From positions 310,001-374,000 of the forward strand of contig MU053334.1 in the NCBI GenBank assembly GCA_013239625.1: a stretch of 64,000 bases of DNA, in the 5' to 3' direction. Below, piece after piece: positions 12,789 through 26,018 of this stretch. Source of the stretch: Lama guanicoe (taxonomy: Eukaryota). The notes beneath the pieces were generated by a model. That model had not been told where the DNA came from and searched no databases. It was given only the letters and a program-made list of their open reading frames with translations. Numbering within the stretch: the stretch's first letter is position 1; every line of letters begins with the position of its first letter. The translations under genes and the position numbers were made by a program.

Positions 12789-14449
12789 TTTATGCTCTGG
12801 GTGCATCACTCCTTGAGGGGAGGCCACGAGGAAGCATAATTTGGCTTTTTTGCTTTACTCTCCAATTCCTAAATGAAGTAGTAATACCTGTTTATTTGTC
12901 TGATTTGGGTGGGTGGTTCTCACTACATAGCTTGTTTGACGTGTGTTTCTAAGTGGAATTTTAAAGAGGATGTGTGACTCCGAGGCACTCATTCTGCATC
13001 TTCTGAAGCAGCCAGCAGGGTGGACCCCGTTCTCCATGAACAGGACACTGTGGTGTGTGTTTTCCCACACCTGCTTCTTAAGGGGTAGTTTCAGGGTTCC
13101 AGAATCCAGAAGTCAAAGCGAGGAGACTGGTGTCTGCTAGGATTTTGCTTCATAGATGTGATCAGTGTTACTGAGGCAGTTTCTTGCCAGTAGTGGAATG
13201 TAGTAAATGGAAGTTTGTCTTTGTGGTTTAAGTCTGTGGAGTCTATTATTGGTAATGATGAGTCAGTCTAGGGGAGTTTGGATACCTAAATATTCCAGAG
13301 CATTACTTTAAACCCTGAACCCAGCGTTCAAACATGGAGGTGGCTTTTGGAAGCTGTCGGGGGAAGGCCTCTGGGAAGAAGCCACAGGCCTGCTGGGTCC
13401 TGAGGCCCCGAGGGAGCTGGAATTGGGGTGGCGGAGAGTGGTTCTGCTCGAGGGCCCGAGCCCCGTGTGGCCAGTGCGCAGTGAGGGACGGGGAGGAGCA
13501 GACGCAGGCCGATCACTGGGCCTTGAAGGCCTGGCGGGAAGCCTGAGCTTTTCCTAAGGCGTCACACAGGAAGCTGCTGAGGAGAGTCCAGACGGTGACG
13601 GGTGGAGCCGCGTACAGCCACCCGGCTCCTGTGTGGCAGGCAGGTGGGAGGAGGCCAGCGTGGACGGGGAGGGTGACAGACAGGAGACGCTGGTGACAGT
13701 GGCCATGGTGAGAATGGAGTAGCCTTTTGGAGGAAAGGTGGGCAGGACTCCCTGCTAGAGGGAGGGCCTCAAAGGAGAGTGTTCTGGGGGAGATGGCCAC
13801 GCCAGTGGGTGTTGAGGGTGGGAGGCAGGAGGCCTGGGGCCTGGTGGGGAGCATTGTGAGGGCTGTGGCTGTTCCCCGCGCCCGCTGAACGCTGAGGGTG
13901 GCGGGGATGGTCTCCATCTTCAGAGCGGCTCAGGGTGCACCGGTGACTACCAGGAGAGGGCGGGCAGGCATGGTGACGGGAGCGCTGGGGTCAGGGCTTG
14001 TGGGACGGACAGGGTGTGGAGGTGATCCATGAAAGGGGGGACCCTCGCAGCACACTGCTGAGAGGCGTGAGTGGCAGTGGGACATGCTCAAGGGGTTGTG
14101 GGTGGTTCCTAGCGCGAGTATTGCCTGGTGGGTGGGGGATGGGGCAGGAGAACAAGGCGGGAGGGGCTGGCCAAAGCCAGACCACGGGGGCCCCCTCTGT
14201 GGGGTGTGGACTGCTGGCGTGTCTTAAGCAGGGGAGACACTGTACAACTTATTTTTTGTTAGTAGAATAGCAATTCTGAATACAAAGGATGGACTTTAGA
14301 CTAGGTCTGCAGGCAGGAAAGCCAGTTGGGAAAAGATTGATTGCTCTGGTCTGGAGAAGGCAGCGGGAGTGAAAAGGTAGGGGTGGAGACAGAGAGGTCG
14401 AAAGTGACGGGAGGGTGAGTGGTAAAGTGCTCTTCCCTCAGAGTGGCTT

Positions 14450-17400
14450 TGCCTCCACAGAAGAACTGCTAGTTAGTAAGAATGGTGGAGTGAGGACCTC
14501 TGTGAACCCACCTCCCTTGAAAGCAGTGAAAACACTGGTAAAAAGGGTCGAAACCAGCTTTGCTGGAACTCTAGAAATAAACCAAAGGTTGACGTGATGT
14601 CAGGAAGATTTATTCAGGAAAGACTCCTGCCCCTCTGACTTGACCTGTCACTCTCCTCCCCTGTGATCTGTGGTAGCACTGAAACCATGGTAGCTGTGCA
14701 AGCCAGCAGCCCAGCTGCCCTTGGAAGGGCCACGCCAGCCTTGAGGCCCCTCAGAGGCCCTCTTCTCAGAGTGCTCCTGCCCTTCGCTGGCTGGTAGCTC
14801 CTCGCCATTGGCGCCCTCTCACTCGAAGAGCCCTACTCCTAGCGTCTTTGTGGGAAATGATCAGTAGCGGTTAATGCCACAGTCTGGGCTAAACACTAAG
14901 GAAGATACGAAGAACGACATGCTCTTAGGGGCTCTGAAAAGCTCTGACGGATCCCCGTGGTTCCAGAAGTCTGCAGGTGTGCAGGACTGTGCCTGTGCCT
15001 CGGGAAGACGTGGGAGGGCCCCAGTCTCACCTCTGTCTCGTCTCATGTCCCAGCACAGATAAGAAGTGAAGGCAGAGGCAGAGCTGTGGCTGCCTGCGTG
15101 CTGAAGCTGCGCCCTCGCACACGCACGGCTCCTGGGCCTTGTCTGGGACACTTACCAGTTCAGCACTTCTGAGGGAATCCTTGACTGACCATCAGCCGAC
15201 CACTAAGCTAACTGGGCAGAGACTTACAGTCGCTCTAAACTGTAGGGAATTGCAGGCTTTACGGAGCTAGCTCAGGAAGATCACTAAACAGTAACAGTAT
15301 AAGCGGCAGCACCCCTGGGAAGGAGGACGTTCTGGACTCCAAGGCTGCTGCGGCGTTGTCTGAAATACCCGGTTTCAGTAAGAAGTTATGAGATGCACAG
15401 AGGAACAGGGAAATGTGGTCTATACACAGGAAAAAAGCAGTCGTTAGAACCATTAGAAACTACCCTTGGAAGGTCCAGATGTTGGGCTTCATAATATGAG
15501 ACAAGGATTTTGAATTGGTTATTGCAGACATGTTCCAGGAACTGAAAGAAGCTGTGCTAAAGGATTGACGTGTGAGGATGATCGCTCACCAAGTGGGGGC
15601 TGTCAACAAAGAGGGAGAAGTTATGTAAAATCCCCACCAAATAGAAATCCTTGAGTTGAAAATACAGTAACTGAAGTGAAGAATTCACCAGAAGGGCTTG
15701 CTCAACAGCGGATTTGAGTTGACAGGAGAAAGAACCAGTGAATTTGAGAACAGACGCTGTTAACATAATTGAAGTAAGATATATGTTAAGGTAAGTACAG
15801 ATCCAGTCTGAGGAACAGAAAGTGAAAACAATAACGAAGGAAAACGAGCAGAGCCCCGGAGACCTGTGGGACCCCGTCAGGCACGCTGACACGTCCGCAG
15901 CTGGGGCCCCGTAAAGGAAGAAGTAGGAGAGAAGAGCAGGAGGAATACTCGAAGACATAAGCTCTCCAAATTTGGTGACAAACAGTGATCCACGCTTTCA
16001 AGATGACCTCCAAATAGGGTAAACTCAAAGAGATCAGCACTTGGACACATCGTAGTCAGACTGTTGAAAGACAAAGACAAAGGAATAAGCGTGAAAGCGA
16101 GAAGAAAATGACGCATCGTCTTGTAGAGACTGTCAGGATTAACAGCTGTCTTCTCATCCAAACCACGGAGGCCGGAAGGCAGTGGGCTGACCTGTGCAGA
16201 GTGTTGAAGGAAAAAGACTCAGCCACACTGTTCCAGAAGCAATAAACCGTGATGGGTACGGGTTAAAAAAAAAAGTCTGTCAGCCAAGAATTCTGTGTCC
16301 AGGAAAACCATTCTTCAAAAATGGAGAAATTGAGATATTGCTAAATAAACAAGAACGAGGGAGTTTGTTGCTAGCAGACCTGCCGTCCAGTGAATACTAA
16401 AGCGGTCAGTCTATAATGAAGGGCACTAGGTAGTGGACTTTGTGAAGAAACAGAGCAATGGTGAAGACAGCTATGTGGGAAGATCTAAAAGACAGTGTAT
16501 TTCTGTAACTTCTGGTCTCCTGTCTGATTTAAAAGACAACTGCATAAAAGAAGAGTTTTACCTAATTTTAGTACACTTTAAATAAAACTGCTGGTGGGCT
16601 TTTAATGTGTAAAGATGTAGTTTGTATGACAACAGCACAGAGGAGGAGGGAGGGAGCAGAGCTATATTGGAGCAAATATTCTCTGTGCTATTAGAAGTTA
16701 TTAGTTTGTATGAACTAAACTAGGTTGTTTTAAGTTAAGTGTTAATTATAATCCCCAGGCAACTACCAAGACCGTAACTAAAAAAAAATGTAGTAAAGGA
16801 AACAAGGGAATTGAAAGGGTGCACTGAGGAGTACTTGTCAACGCAGAAGAGGACGGTGGTGGAAGAGGAGGGGAGGAGACAAGACACAGCAGAGCAGAAG
16901 GGCGATGCAGCTCCTGCCTGAGCAGCGCCTGAAACACAAGTGGATTAAACCCTTGAGTTAAAGAGAACATGACCTAGCTACATACTTTCTTCAAAAGACA
17001 CTAGAGATTAGAAGGTACAAACAAGATACTCGTGAAAGAAAGAAAAATGAGCTGCTTTTTTGCAAATAGTAACCAGATGAGAGCTGGAGCGGCTATGCTA
17101 ACACAGACAAACCAGTCTCTAAGACAGAGACGCTTAGTGGAGACACAGAGGCGCAGTTTGCAGAGGTAAAGGGTCAGCCCCTCAAGAAGACACACCGGTT
17201 CTAAGCGCGTTTACACCCAGTAACAGAGCCCCAAACACATGAAGCAGAACACACGAAGGGTGGAGGAATGGACGCTTGGACGGTGTCAGTGGGGGCCTGA
17301 GTGCACTGCCTTAGCAACAGACTCACGGAGACCGAGGACCAGCAGCGAACGGAAGACTGGAGAAGCGCTGGGAGCCAGCCGTCCCAGCAGACCCCCAGCG

Positions 17401-20400
17401 GGAGCAGCGTGTACACACTTCTCTCAAGTGCTCACGGCACAGTCTTCAGAATGGACCGGATGCTGGACCGCAGGAGAAGCCTCAATACATGTAAAAGTTT
17501 AAAACCAACCACAATGAAATGAAATTAGAAATCAGTAGCAGGAGGAAGGCAGGGAAATCCACAAGTGATGTGGAAATCAAACTTCCTAACTAACCAGGAG
17601 GCCAAAGAAGAAAACACAAGGGAGATGAATAATACTTCGAGATAAATGAAAATAAAAACACAACATGCCAAGACTTACAGCTGCAGTGAAAGCAGTGCAT
17701 GGGGGACACTTACAGCTGTAAATATCTACATTGAAAAAGAAGCTCTCGAATTCCACCTTAAGAAACCAGGTAAAGAATAGGCAAAACCCAAAGCAAGCAG
17801 AAAGAAGAAGATAACAGAGTTTAGATCAAAGAGTTATTCTTTGAGAAGCTCAGTAAAACTGACAAACCTTAAGTCAGACTGACCGAGAAATAAAGAAGAC
17901 TCAGGTTACTAAAATCAGGGAAGACAGGACATTCCTCCCAACTTCACAGAAGCAAAAAGCAGTACGATGGAAAACCATGAGTAACTTGTATGCCAGCAAT
18001 TAGGTAACTCAGATAAGGGGAGCAATTCCTAGGAAGACGAAATGACTGAAACTGACTCAGGAAGAAATGAAAAATTTGAACAGACTTATAACAAGCGATG
18101 AAGTTGAGTCAGTAATTTAAACCTATTCTGCAGGAGCAACGCCTGGCCCAGGCGGTGTCACTTGTGAATTCTCTGACACTTAGTTCTAGTACTTCACACA
18201 TTCTTTGAAAAAACTGAAGAGGAGGGAACACTTCCCAAGTCCTTCTCTGAGGCCAGTATTACCCCAATGACAGAGCTAGACACGGACAGCACAGGGAAGA
18301 AGACTACAGGCCAGTGTGTGTCGTGACTGTAGAAGCCAGAACCCTCAGTCACGTGCCAGCCAGCCGAAGCCGCGACGTACAAAAACGATTATACAGCAGG
18401 TCCAGGCGCGATGCGTCGCAGGAATTCAAGGCCCGCCTCACACGTGGAAGTCAGTCAGCGTAACACACCGTACTACTACGATGAAGAACCAAACACACGT
18501 GGCCGTAACAGTAGGTGCAGAAAAGACATTTCACAAAACCCAACGCGCTTTCGTGATGAAAAACACTGAACAAGTGAGAACCAGGAGGGGGCTTCTTTGA
18601 CTTGATGAAGGGTGTCTGTGAGGAATCCACAGCTGTGGTCTTACTTAGTGATGAAAGACTGTCTCCCCCTGAGGTCGGAAGTGTGGCGAGGATGCGTGCT
18701 CTTCTCCTTCTGCTTGATGTAACTGGGGGCTCTGTGCTGGGGGGTTACGTAAAAGGAAGAGGAGCAAAAGGCATCCAGGCTGGAAGGAAATAGGCAGAAT
18801 GGTCTCTGTGTATAGCTGACGTCATCCTGTGTGTAGAAGACACTGACGAGCCCCCTGGAAAACTCCTAGAATTACAAACGAGTCAGCGAGGTTGCAGGAG
18901 GTAGGTGCAGCATGGGAGAGTCAGTTGTAGTTCTGTGTACTCTCAGTGAGGGGACATTCCGTTTACAGTGGCTTCAGAAGGAGTGAAATACTTAGGAATG
19001 AGTTTCAACGAAGTAAACGCAGGGCTTGTGCACTTAACCACGAGACATGGTCGAAAGGGGTAGAGGAGCCTATGCTCACGGGTTAGAAGGTGTAATATCG
19101 CGGGGTACCGAAACCCCCATTACCACTCCTGCCCTGGCAGTGGGGTGCCGATTGGTGCAGCCGCTGTGGAGGACAGTACGGGGGTTCCTTAAAAGCCTGA
19201 AAGTAGACTTGCCATGGGGTCCAGCAATCCCACTCCTGGCATATATCCGGAGAAAAATAGAGTTCAAAAAGACACGTGCACCCCAGTGTTCGCAGCAGCG
19301 CCGTTTACGACAGCCAAGACATGGAAGCAGCCCAAGTGTCCTTCGACAGATGACTGGACAGAGAAGGCGCAGTACGTGTATCCAGTGGGACACTACTCAG
19401 CCATGCAGAAAGAAGGAGGTAGTGCCATTTGCAGCGATGCGGATGGGCCTGAAGACCGTCATTCTCAGCGAAGCTGCTGGGAGGAGAAAGAAGAATGCCA
19501 CGTGAGAAATCTGAAAGATAACAGCAGTAATAAGGGCACACGTGCGCTGCTTGTTGTTTGTGACTAAGAGGACTGCTTTCCTGAGTGTGTGAGCGCAGCC
19601 GACTGTCCTGTATGACTGGGTCACCGCATTCTGTTGATCCTTGCCTTGTGGTTGGCTTTGTTCCTTTGATAATTATGTAAGTTTAAAAAGCTAAAGCTCT
19701 AACCTGTTCTTAGAAACAACAATCAGTACACATGCGTAAACTAAAAAAAGGGAGCAGTACGCTGTATTATTTATGTATCTGCGTGCAATAGAATGTGTAT
19801 GTGCAGTCGGACTGTAATAATTCTACCCAATAAAACTGAAACAGGAGGAAAAAAGAGTTACGCCATGGAACTATACCCTAAACCTGTAACTGGGAATCTA
19901 ACCGTATACTGCTGATTTGTGAACTCTTGGGGAAAAGGTTTTATTTTTTACGTTAAAAAATAATCCCCAGCTGACCTATAGGTTTAGTGCCGTCCTTATC
20001 AAAAATCTGGGGTGCCTCTGTTTTGCTGAGATAACCTGGTCCTAAAGTTCACGAGGAGTGCGGAGGGCGCGGAGTAGTCAGCACCATCTTGAAGATCGGA
20101 GTTGGAGGGTTCGCCTCCCTGCTCCAAAGCTTAATGCGAGCGATCAAGACGCTGTCCTGGTGTAAGAGTGTAGATCGATGGAATAATGTTGAGAGGGTAG
20201 AGATAAGCCTTCACCTTTTTGGTCAGTTGGTTTTTGACATGAGTGCCGAAGTAGTTCAGTGCGGGAAAAAGTCTTTTAAAGAGATGGTGCTGGGATAGCT
20301 GGACACCCGTGTGCGGGAGAATGAGATTGGACCCCTGCCTCACAGCATCCACAAAAGGTAGCTCAGAATGGATCCTGAGCCTACATGCAAAAGCTGAACT

Positions 20401-21460
20401 GTAGATCTCTTACAAGACAACATAAGAATAAATCTTTGTGATCTTGGGAGATGGTGTCTTAGATACGACAGCAGAAGTACAAGTGATTTAAAAAAGGTAA
20501 ATTGGATTTCATCAAAGTTAAGAATGCTTATGCTGCAAAATGCTGTCAAGAAAGTGAAAAGACAATCCAAGAATGAGAGAAAATATTTGAAAAGCAAGTA
20601 TCTGTTAAAGGGCTTGTATGCAGAATGCATTAGAAAACTCCACAGTAAGAAGGCAGGCGGCCCAATTAAAAGTGTGTGAAGCGTCTGAACATACTTTCTC
20701 CCAAGTAAGTTTGCAGCAGCCCAGTAAGCACGGTGAGCGCCGTTAGGCAACTGCAGACCCAAACCACAGAGAGACACCACTTCACACACACTGGGAGGGC
20801 CGGAGTGGACGCCGCGGACAGTCGCGAGTGTCGGCAGTGTTGTGGGGCGGTTGGAGCCCTCGTTCTTGAGCTGATGTAGAATGGCGCTGCCTTTTGGGAA
20901 GACATCCTGTCAGTTCCTCAAAATGTTAAACGCAGAATTGTCATACGTCCCAGCGGTTCTACTCCCAGGTGTCTATGCAAGAGAAATGGAAATGTGTGTG
21001 TTTACACGACAACTTGTCCAAGAATGTTCATAGCAACATTATTTGTGATAGTCATCAAGTGATGGACAGATGAGTGGCGTGTCCATGTAACGCAGGGTTC
21101 CTCAGCAGGAAAGGGACGAGGCACTGATTCATGCTACCTTGGAAGCGCCATATTGGAAAACAGCCATGCTCTCTTTTGTGATTGGTGAGAGAAGCAATCA
21201 CAAAGCACCGTACACAGATGCTGTTTGTGTGGAATGTTTGGAGGAGTACTGAGAGACAGAAAGTAGATTACTGGGCGCCAGGGGCTGAGGAGGGCAGTGT
21301 TGCTGAGTGACTGCTGGTGGGTGTGGTGTTTCTGACTGGGGAGATGAAAGTTTTCCAAAATGAGGTGGTGCTGCTGGGTACACAGCTGTGAGTACACTGA
21401 AAACCACTGACTTGTGCACTTTAGTGAATTGTGTACTATGTGAATTCTGTCTCACTGAAG
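14450..21460 (+). mobile_element. Ancient near-full-length decayed L1 (L1MA/MB-like), sense to AP2A2; boundaries approximate
   Basis: ORF1 remnants (~15600-16400), ORF2 EN/RT remnants (~16900-19100, ~19950-20900) and an L1 3' UTR terminus (ACCACTGACTTGTGCACTTT...TGTGAATT) near 21400-21450; many stops and frameshifts. Confidence 0.8.
19101..19950 (+). mobile_element. Nested insertion in the L1 ORF2: 3' end of a second L1 plus ~450 nt unassigned tail
   Basis: TTGGTGCAGCC...CCAGCAATCCCACTCCTGGC...ACAGCCAAGACATGGAAGCAGCCCAAGTGTCC is L1 ORF2 C-terminal sequence; host ORF2 is collinear across 19100/19952. Confidence 0.7.
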
Positions 21461-24400
21461 CTGCTGGAAAAAGATGCATCTGCTAACATTTGTCAGACGT
21501 GGTTTTATCTTCTGTGGCATGGCACCATTTAATCTTCGGTGACCTCCTATTCCGTCTCTCGTTGAGGATCCCTGTCCTGAGGCCCATCCTTCCCGTGCAG
21601 AAATACGGAGAAAACGCAGAGCGGTGTCCTGGCGCTCACTGTGGCCTCCTGCGGGCAGACTGCTGTGTGTGTTTGCTGGCTGTCACGCTGGCACCTTGCG
21701 GCACTCCCGGCCGCTGGAGGAGAGACAGGCAGAGGGGTTGAGGGGGTGGTGGGTCCCGCAGCCAGCATGACATGGGTGTGGCCTCCAGGCCAGGCTGGGC
21801 CTCGGGGTTTGCTCCATTTACCGCTGTGCTGACCGCCTTCAGTTTGAGTTGAGCAGTGGTATCTTTCCTCAAAAATAGGCTTTTGTTTGGTCAGTTTTGG
21901 ACTTTTGGATTACTCAGTGAAATCACTTTGTATACGGACTAAAATTCTTTATTTCGACCAAATTTTGTTGTAAGGTTCAGGCTTACTACCTTAGGATCCT
22001 GGTGGTTTGGTGTGCTGGTTGTGATCGGCTGTGGTAGGCTCCCGTCCTCTGTTCTGAACTGGGCTGTTCCCAGATGCTGATACGGCTTGTTGATTAGTTC
22101 GGCCTTCAAACCAGAAGCAATCATTAACCAGCATGTTACTCTGGAAAAATGACCAGGGGTGGTAATTCTGAAAATCCAAGAGCTTTTTTCAGAGCCTGTC
22201 TCTGTAGACTGTGTTCTTTGTGACTTCCTGACTGCGAACGGGAGCTTGTTTTGGGCAGTGTTCGGGAGCCAGTGTCGGTTGCTCGCTGGCTGCCAGAAGT
22301 GCCTGTGACAGCCCTGGTGTTTTCCACGGCCGATGGACCTGCCGCATTTCAGATAGAGACAACGCAGGGTGGCAAAACCGGGGTCTCTTCCCCGCAGGAC
22401 AGATCAGACCGCAGCCACGTCCCAGCTACTCTCGCTGACGCTTTACCCATTTTAACAAGTGGCTTTCTGAAGTCAGGGTAGGGCGATAACCGCCCCGCCC
22501 CACTCCCAAAGCTAATCCTTGGTCTAAGAAGACTGTGTTTCTGGCTGGATCTGCTCCCAGCGGTGAGGGGCAGCTGGGCTTGATGGCGAGGCTCCCGCCC
22601 GGAGGGAGGTGCGGCTCGCTGAGAAGCCCTGCCGGGCCCGGCGCACACGTTTCTCCCGAGTTCTCGCCGGGCGGAGGACGAGGTCTTGGCCGTGCTCAGT
22701 GGAGGGCGCCTCCTCCCTGGGCCCTGGGCAGCAGTGTCGGTCTGTGTGTGGGTGTCAGTCCCCCAAGTCGGGCTCGACACCTGGCCCAGGCGTGTCTGAG
22801 TCCAGAGCAGCTGCTGCTCGGACAGAAGGCCTCGTGGGCGTTGCTGGGCTGACATGTGGCTCGGCCTCGCTCAGCCAGGTGGGAGCACCGTCCAGGTAAG
22901 GGCAGTGTTTGTGCACTCATGTCCTTGGTCCCCGAGGTGGCGTCTCCACCGTGTGACAGTCCAGTCAGTGAACAGGTGGTCCGGCCCACACCTGAGCGGG
23001 GGTCTGAGGCCTGAGGAAGTCTGGCTCTCTTCCTCGTGTAAGCTGCTCGATCTTTTCCTCTAGGTGTTCACAGGACTTTTCTTCTTCTGAGTCCGGTAAT
23101 TGCATCACAGTATGTTTTGGTGTGTGTTATTTGGGGTTGATACTCCCAGTGTGGCTTCTTATGTGGCTCTAAGTCTTTCATTTCCTTTGCTTACTTTCAG
23201 GAAAGCTTGCCCAGTGACGCACTGGCCGCCCCGCTGCTCAGCGGCCGCCTTCCTGGGGCCCTACTGCCCGCGTGTGCGTCTTTGTCCACTCCCAGCATTG
23301 GCTGCTTTTTCCTCAGTTCCTTATCCTTCTCCTCCTTTCTTTTTTATTTAAATAATTTTATTGATCTTCATCTTCTGTTTCTCTAAGGACCTCTGTCATG
23401 CTTATATTCTTCTGTTCCTTCTGTTCCTTGCTCTTCATTTGCGAAGTGATTTTCCGTTTCTCATCTGCCTGATTTCTGTCACCTCAGAGCCGAGTTTTCT
23501 GTGGACGTTTAGGCGTCTTCTGCACTTTTCCTGCTGTTTCTGGCTTGTTCCCAGCTTGAGGGCCCCAGTGCCGCTCCGGCCTGCGGGGCCGCCTGCCTCA
23601 GGAGCTGCCTCTGCCTGTGGGGTCCTTCTGCTCCCCGGCCTCCTCTTCCTGGTTGTCTCTTGCCCCAGCTCTTATTTTTACGTGGAGTTTGTTCTCTGGG
23701 CCGTCGGAGGAGCAGGCTCTAGGGTGGCTTTTCTGTCGCATGGACTCCCTCCTGCAGCATCTGGGCCTGGTGCTGCCTCCGAGTGCCCTGGCGCTGGCCG
23801 CTGGCCCCTGTGGCCCTCCCTGTCACTCAGTGGGAGGCCCGGGCCTGGCGCGCCAGACCCGGTCCTCACGCTCAGCCCTGCGAGGTCCCCTGGGGCTGTT
23901 TGGGGCTCCCCCTCCTCTTTGACCCTCCCTCGCCCAGCTGTCCTGCTGCGAGGGCCTGTGGCTTGTGGTGGTTTCCCTGCTGAGGGGACTGCGCGCAGAG
24001 ATGTGAAGTAATTTCTCCTCGGTTGCAGAGTGCGTCGAAGGCCGTTCTTCACCACTGGTTTCTGCTCCTCCCCTGGCTACCTCTAACTCCAGATTATGTG
24101 CTTTTGCTTTTGTTTTGTGATTTACTGGTCTGGGGTAATAGCTGTAGATTCCCCCTGGGAAAGCTGACTTAACATTAACCGTGACTCCCTCTGCCCACTG
24201 CCTCCTATCTTTGTCCCACTTCTCTCGGTTGACCCCTCTTGACTCTGCACAACACAGGTGCCTGCCTCTCGGGGTCTGTCTTCCCTAGGGCTGGGGTAGG
24301 TGGAGCAGAAGGAAGCTCTGATACACGGATTCCTGCCACCTGGTGAGGCACACAGGCCTGCAGGACTCCCGTGCACTCAGGCCGGGCCACGTGGCCGCTG

Positions 24401-25949
24401 CCCATGGTCTCTGTTTCTCTGTGAGTGCTGCAGAAGGTGCCCAGGTCTTGTTCTTCTGGCCCTTTCAGCCGAGTCGGAGAAGACTAATTAAGGAAAAGTT
24501 TGCCCTCGACCTGCCGCCCTGGGCATCAGGCCTGCTGCTCTACACGCTGCCCCCTCGTTTCCTGGGAGCCTTCGGCTACCCAGCCTCGCACAGAGGAGGA
24601 AGCGGGGCACAGCTATGAGCTTCCTGTGCCATCAGGGCTGGGAAGGAGGTTCGGGGTGTCCTCCCAGCCCACATCCTCGCTCCCCAGAGCTGAGGTGTTG
24701 CGTTGTCAAAGCTCTCCAGCCCCCACTCTCACCTCCGTTGGAATGGCAGTTCCCCAAGTAGGAGGTATTGCCTCAGCCCAAGTCCTGGCACCTCGAACGG
24801 CGCCTGGACAGCGCGCATGCCTCTTGCCCCCCGTCCCGGCCAGGGCTTTTGGGCAGTAGTGGCTCCGGCGGCCCCGTGTTACTTCGGCGGATGCTTATTA
24901 GCATGGCGGTAGCAGAAGATGAAGGATGTTGTGGAGCACCCTGGGGAGAGGCAGGCGGCCCTGCTGGGGAGGGCAGGTACGTTCCAGAAGAGGCCGCGCT
25001 GGAGGCCGAGCCGGGGGGTGGTGTGTCTGGAGGAGAGTGCAGTGCGCCCCACGTGTGGGCATCTGCGAGCACCCGGGCCTGGCGGTGCTCTGCGGGGGTG
25101 GCTGCGGGGGTGCCTTTCCTCCCCTGGAGGTGGTCACTGAGCCCAGGACTTGCCCGGAGAGGGTCTTTAGCAGTAAACTTTGTCCTGCTTCAGAAAGTGA
25201 CGTACACGGAGACATACACGGGTGTGAACATCCAGCCCCTTGGCCCGTGTGATGGACAGTGTCTTGTATCCCCCAGCACTTGTTGAGGCGTGTCCTCTCG
25301 AAAAGCTGCCCGTGCTTTGAAGGCCTGTTTCTGCAGCTTGTCCAGGGGAGTGGAGCTGGCATGCCCCGCTCTGCTCCGTGGCTGATGTGCTGCACACCCG
25401 CAGGTGCTCGTGGCAGGAGGGCCGACTGAGCGTGGGCTGCAGGTTCTGGTGGAAGTCTGACTCCATATGCGTGATACACCTTCCGTCTCTCTTTGGTAGA
25501 ACGGAGCACTCCCAGACATCACTGAGCACTGTACAGGTGGACTTCCCCAACTTTGTCAGCTGGTGAATTTCATAAAGAAAGCACACTAGAAGCCTGCAGT
25601 AGTTAAAAATGAGAAACGTTGTCTGTGGCAGTACAAGTCAGCTTTAGGAGTGAGTTGTTAGCTGGTGGTGATTTATCGCGAGAACGCTCCGCAGCACTGT
25701 CTGTGTTTAGTGGCCCTGGGCCGCGGCGGAGGCGCAGTGGGCCGCTCCGCTCTCTCCCGGGGCCTTTGTGGGTGCTCCCGTCCTGACCGGCGGCCGCCTC
25801 CTGGCCCGCCTCGCGGGCCCAGATTGCTTCTCTCCTGGGGCTCCAGGGGGCCGAGACTCTGCCCATGACGCTGATGTCGGTCTGATTGGGGAGTGAGTGT
25901 TCGTTTTGAAATCAGTTAAAGCAGGATGCATTTGTGTTCTCTTTTTTAG

Positions 25950-26018
25950 GCAAAAGTAAAGAAGCGGAAATAAAGAGAATAAACAAAGAGCTGGCAAACA
26001 TTAGATCAAAATTTAAAG
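25950..26018 (+). CDS. AP2A2: AP2A2 exon 2 ((C)[22 protein letters not shown](G)), 69 nt
   Basis: cttttttag|GCAAAAGT...TTTAAAG|gtaagt; manual translation, not in the ORF track. Confidence 0.96.

Noticed and set aside
11919-12952. Cys/Val- and His/Thr-rich ORFs
   Set aside because: Translations of the CA/TG repeat and the N gap
14450-21460. Active or intact L1
   Set aside because: ORF1 and ORF2 are broken by many stops and frameshifts and by a nested insertion
1-25949. AP2A2 exon 1, promoter, or a nested gene in intron 1
   Set aside because: No MPAVSKG-encoding exon, no clear promoter CpG island and no recognisable nested coding or ncRNA gene
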